DNA of 64,000 bases from Thermodesulfobacteriota bacterium (GTDB taxonomy: Bacteria > Desulfobacterota_D > UBA1144 > Nemesobacterales > JAJCZQ01). The position numbers and the translations under genes are program-made. The DNA lies in NCBI GenBank assembly GCA_965215275.1, contig OZ244044.1, positions 1,024,001 through 1,088,000 of the forward strand, given 5' to 3'. This document shows positions 40,047 to 50,050 of the stretch, in pieces (the first letter of the stretch is position 1; every line of letters begins with the position of its first letter). The notes beneath the pieces were generated by a model, which was not told where the DNA came from, did no database searches, and saw nothing but the letters and a program-made list of their open reading frames with translations.

Positions 40047-41354
40047 ATGGAAAAAAAATACCTGTATTTAGAAACCTACGGCTGCCAGATGAACGAATAT
40101 GATTCAGATCGTATTCATAACGCACTTGACGCCGAACTTACTGACGACCCTGCAAGTGCCGACTGCATAATCGTAAATACCTGTGCAATAAGAGAAAAAG
40201 CGGATCAGAAAGCCTTGAGCAGCGTTGGGAGATTTAAACACATCAAGAGGAAAAACCCCGAGGTGATCATAGGCATTGCAGGATGTGTTGCACAGTTATA
40301 CGGAGACAAACTGCTGAAGAAGATACCGCATCTGGACTTTGTGCTCGGTCCAAGAGCGATCCCGAAACTGCCGGAGATCATATCCGATATAAAAACAAAG
40401 AGATCAAGACCAGTTGAAACCTCTTTTGACATAGAAGAGGTTTTTGAAGTTACTCCCTATCATGAGAGCGGTAAAGTGAACGGGTATGTATCCATCCAGC
40501 AGGGATGTAACAAAAGGTGCACCTACTGCGTGGTACCATCGGTCAGGGGCAGTGAACTTAACAGACCAACACAGGATATAATAAGAGAAACCGTTTATCT
40601 CCTGTCAAAAGGTGTCAGGGAGATCACTTTGATCGGACAGACGGTCAATTCATGGAAGTACGACAGGTATAAGTTCGGCGACCTGTTGAGGATCGTGGGA
40701 GAACTTGAAGGACTTGAAAGATTACGATTTACCACTTCCTACCCAAGGGATATAACAAAACGTATGATAGATGCAATGAAAGAGGTAAGAACGGTATGCA
40801 GGCACATTCACCTGCCCGTACAGTCAGGATCTAACAAAGTGCTGAAACTGATGAACAGAACCTACACAAGGGAATGGTTTTTAGACTGCGTCAGCAGGCT
40901 GAAGGACGCTATGCCGGACCTTGCCATCTCGTCCGATATAATAGTGGGTTTTCCGGGAGAGACCGACCCTGATTTTCAGCAAACGATAAGCCTTCTTGAG
41001 GAAGTAAGATTTGAAAGTTCGTTCTCCTTTAAATTTTCACCGAGGCCGGGAACCCCAGGTGAAGAACTCGCCCGGACAGATGCAGTTGATGACGAAGTCT
41101 CCGGACAGAGGCTGAAACGGTATCAGCAGCTGCAAAGACAGTACACCATGGAGCAGAACATGGAACGTACCGGTATGGTGGAGGAAGTTTTAGTGGAAGG
41201 TGAAAGCAGACAGAGCAGATCAGTTTTATCTGGCAGAACCACCCATAACAGAATTGTGAACTTTGAAGGCAGTAAAAACCTGATAGGCGACCTTGTATCG
41301 GTCAAGGTACAGGAAGGATTGCCTAATTCACTGAGAGGAGTAATAATAAACTGA
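40047..41354 (+). CDS. miaB: tRNA-2-methylthio-N6-dimethylallyladenosine synthase
   Basis: TYGCQMN, NTCAIRE, CNKRCTYC radical SAM motif, C-terminal TRAM. Confidence 0.95.
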   Translation: MEKKYLYLETYGCQMNEYDSDRIHNALDAELTDDPASADCIIVNTCAIREKADQKALSSVGRFKHIKRKNPEVIIGIAGCVAQLYGDKLLKKIPHLDFVLGPRAIPKLPEIISDIKTKRSRPVETSFDIEEVFEVTPYHESGKVNGYVSIQQGCNKRCTYCVVPSVRGSELNRPTQDIIRETVYLLSKGVREITLIGQTVNSWKYDRYKFGDLLRIVGELEGLERLRFTTSYPRDITKRMIDAMKEVRTVCRHIHLPVQSGSNKVLKLMNRTYTREWFLDCVSRLKDAMPDLAISSDIIVGFPGETDPDFQQTISLLEEVRFESSFSFKFSPRPGTPGEELARTDAVDDEVSGQRLKRYQQLQRQYTMEQNMERTGMVEEVLVEGESRQSRSVLSGRTTHNRIVNFEGSKNLIGDLVSVKVQEGLPNSLRGVIIN

Positions 41355-41365
41355 CTGGTGATAAA

Positions 41366-41842
41366 GTGCTTCAGGAAATGAAAGTTACGGGAATAGCAAT
41401 AGACCCACTTACGAACAGTCCCATAGTTATACTAAAGAGCGAAAATGGAGATAAGGTCCTTCCGATCTGGGTTGGCTATCTGGAGGCCAGTTCCATTGCA
41501 ATGGAACTGGAACAGGTCCAGCGTCCTCGCCCCGTAACCCATGATCTGATGAAAAACATGTTCGATAAGCTGAACTTCAAACTTTCCAGGATCGAGGTCA
41601 CAGAACTGAAGGAGAACACTTTTTACGCGAACATATACCTGCAGAACAATGGTAAGGAACACGTGTTCGACGCAAGGCCAAGTGACGCCATAGCAGTTGC
41701 CCTGAGGACCGGTGCTCCAATATACGTAAGCAAAGAGGTTATTGAGAACGCCCAGAACATTGAGATTGACGACGACAGGGAAAAAATAAGAGATATACTG
41801 TCTCAAATGTCGGATGAGGAGTTCGGTAAGTATAAAATGTAG
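41366..41842 (+). CDS. Bifunctional nuclease family protein (DUF151)
   Basis: LPIWVG..EA, RPVTHDL, DARPSDAIAVA. Confidence 0.9.
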   Translation: MLQEMKVTGIAIDPLTNSPIVILKSENGDKVLPIWVGYLEASSIAMELEQVQRPRPVTHDLMKNMFDKLNFKLSRIEVTELKENTFYANIYLQNNGKEHVFDARPSDAIAVALRTGAPIYVSKEVIENAQNIEIDDDREKIRDILSQMSDEEFGKYKM

Positions 41843-41849
41843 TCAGGGT

Positions 41850-42062
41850 TTAATGATAGGCGTGACCCCTCAGTTCCTTTCTGTCCGTTATGACCTTAAG
41901 TACATCTCCGCATTTTTCACACTGAAGCCTGAGTTCGATCGGTGGATGGCTTATACCGATACTGACTATCATCAGACCCCAGAAGGAATGTATCGATTTG
42001 GGCACTACCCACGGGTCTCCCAGTTTATATCCGCATTTACATGATCTGCTTTCATCGCTCAT
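41850..42062 (-). CDS. Small hypothetical protein, possible zinc ribbon
   Basis: CKCG and CEKCG pairs; fills the gap downstream of amtB. Confidence 0.55.
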   Translation of the reverse strand: MSDESRSCKCGYKLGDPWVVPKSIHSFWGLMIVSIGISHPPIELRLQCEKCGDVLKVITDRKELRGHAYH

Positions 42063-42107
42063 GGGCTTGAACTGCTGACCTTCACCTTTTACCTGACCGC
42101 CTTGAAA

Positions 42108-42139
42108 TTAAAGAACCTGCAACTTTGCAGGTTCTTTAA
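42108..42139. terminator. Inverted repeat downstream of amtB, probable intrinsic terminator
   Basis: TTAAAGAACCTGCAA-ct-TTGCAGGTTCTTTAA. Confidence 0.7.
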
Positions 42140-42169
42140 CGTTATGACAAGATCTTAATCTGAGCATAC

Positions 42170-43501
42170 TTACAGGTCGTACCCGACTTCACCATGGTCG
42201 GTAACGTCCAGACCCTCCAGTTCCTCAGCGTCTGTGACCTTAAGACCAACTATCCCGTCAACCACTTTAAGTATCACGTAACTTACTACAGCCGTATATA
42301 TTATAGCGAACGCGGCGGCATAGACCTGTATTCCGAACTGCTTTGCAATATTGAGCGACTCTTCCGACCCACCGAACTTGGACGAAGCAAATATCGAAAC
42401 CAGTATAATTCCCACAAATCCACCAATTCCGTGAACCCCGACAACGTCAAGTGCATCATCGTATTTGAACCTGAACTTTACTATCGTTGCAAAAATATAA
42501 GCCAGTACTGACGAAACAAATCCTATAACTAACGCACCCAGCGGTCCCACCGTACCTGAGGCTGGCGTAATGGCAGCCAATCCTGCTATTGCTCCCGTTG
42601 CAAAACCAAGAGCACTTGGTTTACCGTTCTTTATCCATTCTATGATTATCCAAGTAAGTGCAGCCGTACACGGCGATATCTGAGTTACCACGACCGCCAT
42701 TGCAGCCTGACCATTTGCAGCCAGGGCACTGCCACCGTTAAATCCAAACCATCCCACCCACAGCATTGCAGTTCCCACAAGCGTCATCGTAAGGTTGTGA
42801 GGCAAGGAGATATGACCAGGGAATCCCCTTCGTGCTCCAATGACCACAGCGGCAACAAGTGCAGCCACACCAGCGGTAATATGAACAACGATACCACCTG
42901 CAAAATCAAACACTCCCATATCCCCTAAATAGGAACCCTCTCCACCCCATACCATGTGAGCTATCGGGAAATAGCAGAACGTTACCCATAAAGCCGTAAA
43001 TATCAGCATTGCCGAGAATTTCATTCTTTCGGCAAAAGCACCCACGATAAGTCCAGGGGTTATGATCGCAAAAGTAAGCTGAAAGGCAAAGAAAAGTACC
43101 TCCGGTATCGTCCCGGAGAGAGAATCAGTACCAATTCCGCTCAAAAAGACCTTGTTCAGACCACCTATGAACGAATTCAGGGTAATCTCCCCTGCAACCA
43201 TGCCCACAGAGTCAAAGGTCAGGCTGTAGCCAAACAAAGTCCAGATGATCGTAACGACCGCAGTGATCGAAAGACACTGCATAAATACAGAAAGTACGTT
43301 CTTTTTAGCTACAAGTCCGCCATAGAACATTGCAAGCCCGGGGATCATCATAAAAAGCACAAGTCCGGTTGAGATCAATATCCATGCTGAATCTCCTGAA
43401 CTCAACTCATCGGCAAATGCGTTTTCAGATGATAAAAGAACAACACAAAGGATCAAACTTAACCTGAACAAAGCAGGTAAAACGCGTTTTAAACTCATCA
43501 T
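42170..43501 (-). CDS. amtB: Ammonium transporter
   Basis: DFAGGIVVH, LWVGWFGFNGGS, DDALDVVGVHG. Confidence 0.96.
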   Translation of the reverse strand: MMSLKRVLPALFRLSLILCVVLLSSENAFADELSSGDSAWILISTGLVLFMMIPGLAMFYGGLVAKKNVLSVFMQCLSITAVVTIIWTLFGYSLTFDSVGMVAGEITLNSFIGGLNKVFLSGIGTDSLSGTIPEVLFFAFQLTFAIITPGLIVGAFAERMKFSAMLIFTALWVTFCYFPIAHMVWGGEGSYLGDMGVFDFAGGIVVHITAGVAALVAAVVIGARRGFPGHISLPHNLTMTLVGTAMLWVGWFGFNGGSALAANGQAAMAVVVTQISPCTAALTWIIIEWIKNGKPSALGFATGAIAGLAAITPASGTVGPLGALVIGFVSSVLAYIFATIVKFRFKYDDALDVVGVHGIGGFVGIILVSIFASSKFGGSEESLNIAKQFGIQVYAAAFAIIYTAVVSYVILKVVDGIVGLKVTDAEELEGLDVTDHGEVGYDL

Positions 43502-44162
43502 ATCCTTCCATCTCCTTTAAACTGTTTAAATTATCTTCATAATAATAAACCATAAAGAACTTTTTTAACAGATAAATTGCGGCCATACACCTTCAGCAGC
43601 TAAGTTAGCTCAGCCGCTTAACCTTCAGATCTTTTAGCCTTTCTGCTGAATTTAACTGACTGCTTTGTCTATCCGTGCTGACAACTTGTACAAGGTTATT
43701 TCAGCAAGTCCTCAGCTGTGAAAGACTTGCGGGATAAGTAAAGGTGTCTTTGGAATTTTCAAGAGGTTAAAAATCACCGGTCTTGTTTAATTATCATCTC
43801 AGCGTTCAAAGCATCCTTTTGCGTCTGGTCTTCAAGCTTCATCTTATCAGGTCAGCAGCGTCCTGATCTCTGCCGGCAGTGTAACATTAAATCTTTTCTC
43901 GAATTCAGTGATGCTTTTATGCTTATCGTGAAAAAAGCAGGCAATATTGAACCATTTTCTAATAATGGTCAGGTCTGCTTTGGCACTTTCCCATTCACTC
44001 AGGCACAGTTCCATAATTGCCCGTTCATAGCAGTTGTGATATTCATCTGGATCAATTTCTACTGCCTTGTCAAATTCCTTAATTGCTTCTCTGTATTGCC
44101 AAAGTCGGGTTTTAGCAAATCCTCTTTCAGTATAGTATTTTGCATCTTGCGGGTCGGTTCTA

Positions 44163-45233
44163 CTATTTTATCAAAGTCTGCAGTCGCTTCCTCATGTAAC
44201 CGTAAAAGTCCCAGGTCGCTTCTTTGTATTGTCCAAGTCTGTATTTGGCAGACCCTCTGTCATTATAAGCTATTACCAATTGCGGGTTGATCTCTATTGC
44301 CTTGTCAAAGTCTTCGACCGCTTCTTTATATTGCCCAAGGCTGACTTTAGCAAGTCCTCTGTTATAGTACTTTTTTGTAATTACTTTCTTGTAGTGTTTA
44401 AGTCTGTTTTTGGCAAGCTTTTTCTGATAGCGATCTTCTGATAATTGCTGGTTGGTATCTATTGCTTTGTTAAAGTATTCGATCGCTTCCCTGTATTGCC
44501 CAAGGCTGCATTTAGCACACCCTCTGTCATAGTAGGATCTTGCTTTATCAAAGTCTTTGGTTGCTTTCTTGTATTGCCCAAATTTAGTTCTGACAAACCC
44601 TCTTTGATAGGTAAGCCCTATAGGGTAGATCTCTATTGCTTTGTCAAAATCCTTGATTGCTTCTCTGTATTGCCTAAGTTCATAATTGGCAATCCCTCTG
44701 AGATAGTTAAGTCTCATATGCGTATATATCTGGTCTAAAACCACCGATTCATAATTGGTAATCCCTATCTGATAGATAAGCCCTATAGGGTAGATCTCCA
44801 TTGCTTTGTCATAGTCCTTGATTGCTTCTCTGTATTGCCTAATTTTATAATTAGCAATCCCTCTGTTACAGTAAGCTGCTGCAAATTGTGGATAGACCTC
44901 TATTGCTTTGTCAAAGTCCTTGACCGCTTCCTTGTATTGCCCAAATTTAGTTTTGCCAAGCCCTCTACGATAGTAGAACTCTGTATCTTGAGGGGGGGGG
45001 GAATTGGTTCCTATTGCTTGATACAAGTCCTTGAGCGCTTCCTTGTATTTCCCAAGCTCGTTTTTGGCAATCCCTCTATGATAGTAAGCTCTTGTAAATC
45101 GGGGATTGAGATGGATCGCCTCATCTAGATCATCAATAGCTTTTACGACCTCTCCTTTGTTCAAAAAGTCGTTTCCGCGTTCAAAGTATCCTTTTGCATC
45201 CTTTGGTTCTGATAAGGTATTTAATCTGTCCAT
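44163..45233 (-). CDS. Tetratricopeptide repeat protein with internal C10 tract; degraded 3' end
   Basis: Repeated YxxRGxAxxxLGQYxEAxxDFDKAIEI units. A further out-of-frame TPR (AKYYTERGFAKTRLWQYREAIKEFDKAVEIDP) lies at about 44040-44145. Confidence 0.85.
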   Translation of the reverse strand: MDRLNTLSEPKDAKGYFERGNDFLNKGEVVKAIDDLDEAIHLNPRFTRAYYHRGIAKNELGKYKEALKDLYQAIGTNSPPPQDTEFYYRRGLGKTKFGQYKEAVKDFDKAIEVYPQFAAAYCNRGIANYKIRQYREAIKDYDKAMEIYPIGLIYQIGITNYESVVLDQIYTHMRLNYLRGIANYELRQYREAIKDFDKAIEIYPIGLTYQRGFVRTKFGQYKKATKDFDKARSYYDRGCAKCSLGQYREAIEYFNKAIDTNQQLSEDRYQKKLAKNRLKHYKKVITKKYYNRGLAKVSLGQYKEAVEDFDKAIEINPQLVIAYNDRGSAKYRLGQYKEATWDFYGYMRKRLQTLIK

Positions 45234-45447
45234 GTCTATTATCCGAAAGGTGTATTCTTTACCATCTAATAGAAGTTTCAGGTCACCGCTAGAGTCATAT
45301 TATTCCCAATACAGAATGAATAGCTGAAAGAGGTTTGCCCAGATTACTCTCTATATACATTAATGCCTTAGTAAGTATCTTTATCTTCAATACCCTTTAT
45401 AAACTTCTTTTTCAGGGACTAATACTTAAATTACCCAAAATATTCAT

Positions 45448-46251
45448 TCAAAACACATCATTTAATTTCTGCACATCCTGTTCTTCGATCAAGTCCCATC
45501 CAGAAGCACCGCAGTTTTCCTCCGTCCTTTCAACAGAGTTGGATTTTGGAATTACCACAACATTTTTATGTCTCAGACACCAGTTAAGTGATACCTGCCC
45601 TGGCGTTTTGTTATTGTTCCTGGCAATTTCATACAGGACTTTGTATTTTCCCGAGCCGTCTGGATCGGATGTTTCGCAAAGCCTGCCAGCATCAAGGGGC
45701 GTATAGGCAATGATAGTAACCTTATTATCAGCACAGTAAGGAAGAAGGTCCTCTTCTATTTCCCTTGCGTTTAGATTGTACAGAACCTGATTGGACTGAA
45801 TTTTATAATTCGGCAGGAAATGCTGCGCTTCCAACATCTCATCGAGGGAAAAATTACTTACCCCTACATACCTTACGACCCCCTCATCGACCAATCTCTC
45901 CATTGCCTTCATCGTCTCCTTTACTGGAAAAGACGGGTTAGGCCAATGTATTTGATAAAGATCAATAAAGTCCGTCTGCAGTTTTTCAAGGCTCTGTTCG
46001 CATGCTCGCAGAACGCCGTCATAATCAAGGTGCCTGCCCGAGACTTTGGTCGCAATTACCACCTCGTCCCTTATTTCACCCACGGCCTCACCCACCACGC
46101 CCTCCGTGTAATACCCTTCTGCCGTATCAATAAAGTTCACCCCGAGTCCCACTCCTCTTCTTAACGGACCAGGTCCTCCCTTGTAGTTCCAGGTGCCAAG
46201 GCCTACCTCGGAGATGTTCAGGTCAGTATCGCCCAGTTTCTTATATCTCAT
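45448..46251 (-). CDS. Aldo/keto reductase
   Basis: GLGTW, FIDTAEGY, IATKV, DLYQIHWP, VGVSNF, IPKS. Confidence 0.93.
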   Translation of the reverse strand: MRYKKLGDTDLNISEVGLGTWNYKGGPGPLRRGVGLGVNFIDTAEGYYTEGVVGEAVGEIRDEVVIATKVSGRHLDYDGVLRACEQSLEKLQTDFIDLYQIHWPNPSFPVKETMKAMERLVDEGVVRYVGVSNFSLDEMLEAQHFLPNYKIQSNQVLYNLNAREIEEDLLPYCADNKVTIIAYTPLDAGRLCETSDPDGSGKYKVLYEIARNNNKTPGQVSLNWCLRHKNVVVIPKSNSVERTEENCGASGWDLIEEQDVQKLNDVF

Positions 46252-46358
46252 AATTGATATTTTACAGGTTTACACGGCTTTTCTGCAAAAAATCAGTCAT
46301 ACTGATTACAACGGTATTTAAATACTGTAAATTATTCAGGATTATACTTGTTCGGCAG

Positions 46359-46435
46359 GGGGATGTAGCTCAGTATGGGAGAGCGCTGCGTTCGCAACGC
46401 AGAGGTCGGGGGTTCGATTCCCCTCATCTCCACCA
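46359..46435 (+). tRNA. tRNA-Ala(CGC)
   Basis: GGGGATG/CATCTCC acceptor stem with G3:U70, anticodon arm CTGCG-TTCGCAA-CGCAG, GTTCGA T-loop, encoded CCA. Confidence 0.97.
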
Positions 46436-46469
46436 AATATATTTAACAAAGTTTTTAGTAAAATAGTTC

Positions 46470-46713
46470 ATTATTATCAAATCGCTCAGAAGTAAGAAAG
46501 AAAAAGCTTTTACTCTTATAGTAGCAGCGATTATCGGTATTCTGGTCGCAACAGCAGTTCCTAAACTGCGTGGTGCTGGATCTTCTGCCAATAAGGCAAC
46601 AGACAAAAAAAGAAGTACAGGTTATCCGGGATGCGGAATCCCAGGAATCCCAGTTTTACGAACAGGATCTAGATGACCCCGACGACAACATTGGAGATTA
46701 TACAAACAAGTAA
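46470..46713 (+). pseudogene. Type IV pilin-like pseudogene
   Basis: IKSLRSKKEKAFTLI-VAAIIGILVATAVPKL prepilin segment lacking the ELL residues; no start codon; frameshift at the A7 run 46605-46611. Confidence 0.6.
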
Positions 46714-46798
46714 GAGGCTTGTTAAAGGCAGTGTTCAGTAGACGAGTCCATTACAAAAGCCTCAAAGCCGTAAGACAATATCTCTGTAACAACAGATA

Positions 46799-48256
46799 TC
46801 ACTTTTGCTTATCTTCCAGCATTAGTACTTCTTCAGACAGTTCAAGTCCTTTGATTTCCGGGATTTCCCTTCCTGCAATTCCCTGGAGGTCACCGTACAT
46901 CCCAACCGTGGATTCTATCACGCCTCGAATCTGGGTCTCGCGCTTTGCCCATAGCTGGGTCATACGTGCCCGCTCTTTTTTAAGGTCATCCTGCATATCT
47001 GAAAATTTCTCGACAATAGCTTCAATACGATGCCGAAAATTAGGACCGGTCAAATATTTATAAACCAGCTCCGTCTTCGTTTGTTGACCTTCGGTTGCAA
47101 TTCTGGCTTTGTTAACTTCGATTAAAGATTGGCGAAGTGCAATAGCTAAAGGTACACAGTACTGAGGACCAGTAATCCATACACCTTTTACCGTACCAAA
47201 CGTCTTGATATCTTTAGGAAGTGCCTGAGAGACTATTATCGCGATCTCTGCTTTTGCGGCACGTTGGTCGTCCCGGAGTTTTGAAATCCACTTAGGACTC
47301 CACTTCTTTGTCCTTTTTGCTTCCCAAAGTATCAACCCACAATCCGTTCCTTCGGGAGACTTTACGCGTTGCAGAACATCACCACCTGATTTACCTTTGC
47401 GGACAGGTTCAATATTATCGGCAGGAAATGCGTTTTCCAGCGTTTCCTCTAATACTAATTCAAACGCTTCGCCCTGAAGTTGCTGTGAACCCTGTTCTGC
47501 TTTTCGCTTCAGATCATCAATTTGCTTGCTCATAGAGGTAATCTGTTCTTCTTTTTCGGTGAGTTTGATAGTTAAAGCCTGTTCAGCTTCGTCTTTAGCT
47601 TTTTCCCGGATGGCAGACACGGTTTCCTGAACTTGCTTTTCTACCGTTAAATCCAGTTCACGCTCCTTATCCTCAAACTCACGCTTTTTCCTTAACATCT
47701 CGGCCTCGGCTTTCTGTGCCCCCTTAAGTTTATCATTGCGTTCCTTGAGAAGTTGCTCAAGGTACGCAACTTCTTCGGATTTAGCGCTTAGTTCCTCATC
47801 AGCGGCAATTTTTGCCTTTTTTCTTTCCTCTTTTACTATTACTGCCTTTTCGGACTTGATCTTCTCAGCCACCTGCTCATCAATGTTTTCTCTATCCTTC
47901 TCGATCTCTCGCTGCTGCTGCTTTAGTTGTACTTCTCTTTTTGCAAATGATTTTTCCTTCGTTGCTAACTCGGCTTCGTATTTTTTTTGTTCGGACTTGA
48001 TCTTCTCAGCCACTTGCTCATCAATGTTTTCTCTATCCTTTTCGATCTCTCGCTGCTGCTGCTTTAGTTGTGCTTCCCTTTTCGCAAATGATTTTTCCTT
48101 CGTTGCTATTTCGGCTTCGTATTTTTTTTGTGTTGCCTGTATTAGCGGAGCAACTAAACTTTCCGTAAGTTTGATCTCTGTATTGCATTCAGGACAGATG
48201 ATCGTTGGGTCGTAACCGCCTAGTAGGATTTCTTTTGTGTCTTTATTGTCCGTCAT
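46799..48256 (-). CDS. DUF2130 domain protein (zinc ribbon, coiled coil, C-terminal nuclease-like domain)
   Basis: IICPECNTEIKL, QGSQQLQGEAFE, GDVLQ..GLILWEAKRTK, MYGDLQGIAG. Confidence 0.85.
   Translation of the reverse strand: MTDNKDTKEILLGGYDPTIICPECNTEIKLTESLVAPLIQATQKKYEAEIATKEKSFAKREAQLKQQQREIEKDRENIDEQVAEKIKSEQKKYEAELATKEKSFAKREVQLKQQQREIEKDRENIDEQVAEKIKSEKAVIVKEERKKAKIAADEELSAKSEEVAYLEQLLKERNDKLKGAQKAEAEMLRKKREFEDKERELDLTVEKQVQETVSAIREKAKDEAEQALTIKLTEKEEQITSMSKQIDDLKRKAEQGSQQLQGEAFELVLEETLENAFPADNIEPVRKGKSGGDVLQRVKSPEGTDCGLILWEAKRTKKWSPKWISKLRDDQRAAKAEIAIIVSQALPKDIKTFGTVKGVWITGPQYCVPLAIALRQSLIEVNKARIATEGQQTKTELVYKYLTGPNFRHRIEAIVEKFSDMQDDLKKERARMTQLWAKRETQIRGVIESTVGMYGDLQGIAGREIPEIKGLELSEEVLMLEDKQK
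47849..48130. repeat. 141-bp (47-aa) near-perfect tandem duplication within DUF2130
   Basis: QKKYEAE(I/L)ATKEKSFAKRE(A/V)QLKQQQREIEKDRENIDEQVAEKIKSE twice; period 141 nt. Confidence 0.92.
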
Positions 48257-48328
48257 TTTTATCTCCTTTGTATAAAATCTGGGATTTTACAGAGATAATT
48301 TAACAAACAAATTATCTCTACTGATCTT

Positions 48329-48358
48329 AATATAGTACCCCCCCCCTATTAAAATCAA
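48329..48358 (-). promoter_or_regulatory. Candidate DUF2130 promoter with a G9 tract in the -35/-10 spacer
   Basis: Minus strand reads TTGATT-ttaata-GGGGGGGGG-TACTATATT. Confidence 0.55.
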
Positions 48359-48402
48359 GAAAATATTTTAATTATAAGTTGACAGTGAAAATCAAGAGAA
48401 AG

Positions 48403-48476
<74 letters not shown>

Positions 48477-48489
48477 TCGGCAGCGTTCT

Positions 48490-48912
48490 TTACGGCTTAT
48501 AGGTCTGAACGACTACAAGCTGAGGATCTTCTGGATCATTGCTGAAAAACAGTACTATCTCTGAACTGCTCGTTTTCCAGATGGTAACGATGTTATCTTC
48601 TTCATCCTTTTCAGTAGGCTTTGAAGGCTGGGTCTCCAGCCTTTTGCTCCAGCTGTCCTCAAGGGATTTACGATACAGTTCGAACTGCTTGAAAAGCCCT
48701 TCGTTAAAACTATAACCCGTGGATATTATAACAAGGCTGTCGTTGTGAAAACCGTAAGTTACTTCCTTCTGAGGCTGAAAATCCTGTTTAGGAGGAAAAA
48801 CATAGGTAATTTCCTCAAGCTCGCTCTGCTCGTTACTGCTTGTTGAATGCGGCTCACCAAGCTGTTCTATAACGTTTTCCTTTGTCGCTCCCCAGTATTC
48901 TGATTCCGACAT
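48490..48912 (-). CDS. Hypothetical protein
   Basis: 140-aa ORF with a GGAGG RBS upstream of the ATG. Confidence 0.65.
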   Translation of the reverse strand: MSESEYWGATKENVIEQLGEPHSTSSNEQSELEEITYVFPPKQDFQPQKEVTYGFHNDSLVIISTGYSFNEGLFKQFELYRKSLEDSWSKRLETQPSKPTEKDEEDNIVTIWKTSSSEIVLFFSNDPEDPQLVVVQTYKP

Positions 48913-49025
48913 CCGATGGTCCTCCGTTCAGTATCCACTTTGATAAGTCATTACGATACACGACAGAACGAACGGGGGCAAACATAATGACAAACACAAA
49001 ACAGCTGGTTATAATTTCGGTTTAC

Positions 49026-49994
49026 ATGGAAATGTCCTTGAAACACAACGGCGGGACCAGGTATCTGGAGTTTCATGATCCCGGGCTGGTAAAGCAGTTA
49101 TACGGCAGACTGAACGAAAATCTGAAGGAGATAGAAGGACTTTACCAGGTAAGGGTTCACTCAAAAGGTTCCAGATTGACCTTGGAAGGTCCTGCGGACA
49201 GGACTGCAAAAGCAGACAGACTGATACAGTCCATTTATTCCCTTTTGGCAAAAGATTATAAGCTCGACCCGTGCGATATAGAGCTTGCCTCCCGTATGCT
49301 GGAAGCAGATAAATCCCCTCTGGAAGAGATATTTCTGGATACGGTCTGCGTATCGATAAGGAAAAAACTCATTACTCCCAAGAGCATCAATCAGAAGGTG
49401 TACGTTGACGCTATAAGAAAGAACGACATCGTGTTCGGTATCGGTCCTGCCGGAACGGGAAAGACCTATCTGGCCATGTCCATGGCGGTTTCCGCTCTCT
49501 TAAATAAAACCGTCAGCAGAATAATCCTTGCCAGACCCGCGGTCGAAGCGGGAGAAAGGCTCGGATTCCTGCCGGGGGACCTTCATCAGAAGGTCGACCC
49601 CTACCTAAGGCCCCTGTTCGATGCCCTTTACGAAATGATGGATATAGACAGGGCTACAAGTCTGATAGAAAAAGGGGTTATAGAAATAGTTCCCCTTGCC
49701 TTTATGAGAGGAAGAACGCTGAACGATGCATTCGTGATACTTGACGAAGCTCAGAACACCACGGTAAATCAGATGAAGATGTTCTTAACAAGGCTGGGTT
49801 TCAGTTCAAAAACGGTAATAACGGGCGATAAAACCCAGGTCGACCTGTCAGAAGACAGCAGGTCGGGATTAAACGATGCAGAAACGCTGCTGAGAAGCAT
49901 TGACGGAATTGACTTTGTGTATTTTAACAAGAGCGACGTTATAAGACATCCTCTTGTAAAAAAAATAATCGAAGCGTATGAAAAACCTGAATAG
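49026..49994 (+). CDS. phoH: PhoH family ATPase
   Basis: GPAGTGKT, RPAVEAGERLGFLPG, FMRGRTL, DEAQN. ATG 49026 preferred. Confidence 0.93.
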   Translation: MEMSLKHNGGTRYLEFHDPGLVKQLYGRLNENLKEIEGLYQVRVHSKGSRLTLEGPADRTAKADRLIQSIYSLLAKDYKLDPCDIELASRMLEADKSPLEEIFLDTVCVSIRKKLITPKSINQKVYVDAIRKNDIVFGIGPAGTGKTYLAMSMAVSALLNKTVSRIILARPAVEAGERLGFLPGDLHQKVDPYLRPLFDALYEMMDIDRATSLIEKGVIEIVPLAFMRGRTLNDAFVILDEAQNTTVNQMKMFLTRLGFSSKTVITGDKTQVDLSEDSRSGLNDAETLLRSIDGIDFVYFNKSDVIRHPLVKKIIEAYEKPE

Positions 49995-50050
49995 GTCAGT
50001 TGCCTGAAGTTAACTTCAAGGGTAGTTTATTATCCGGAGAGATATCGACC

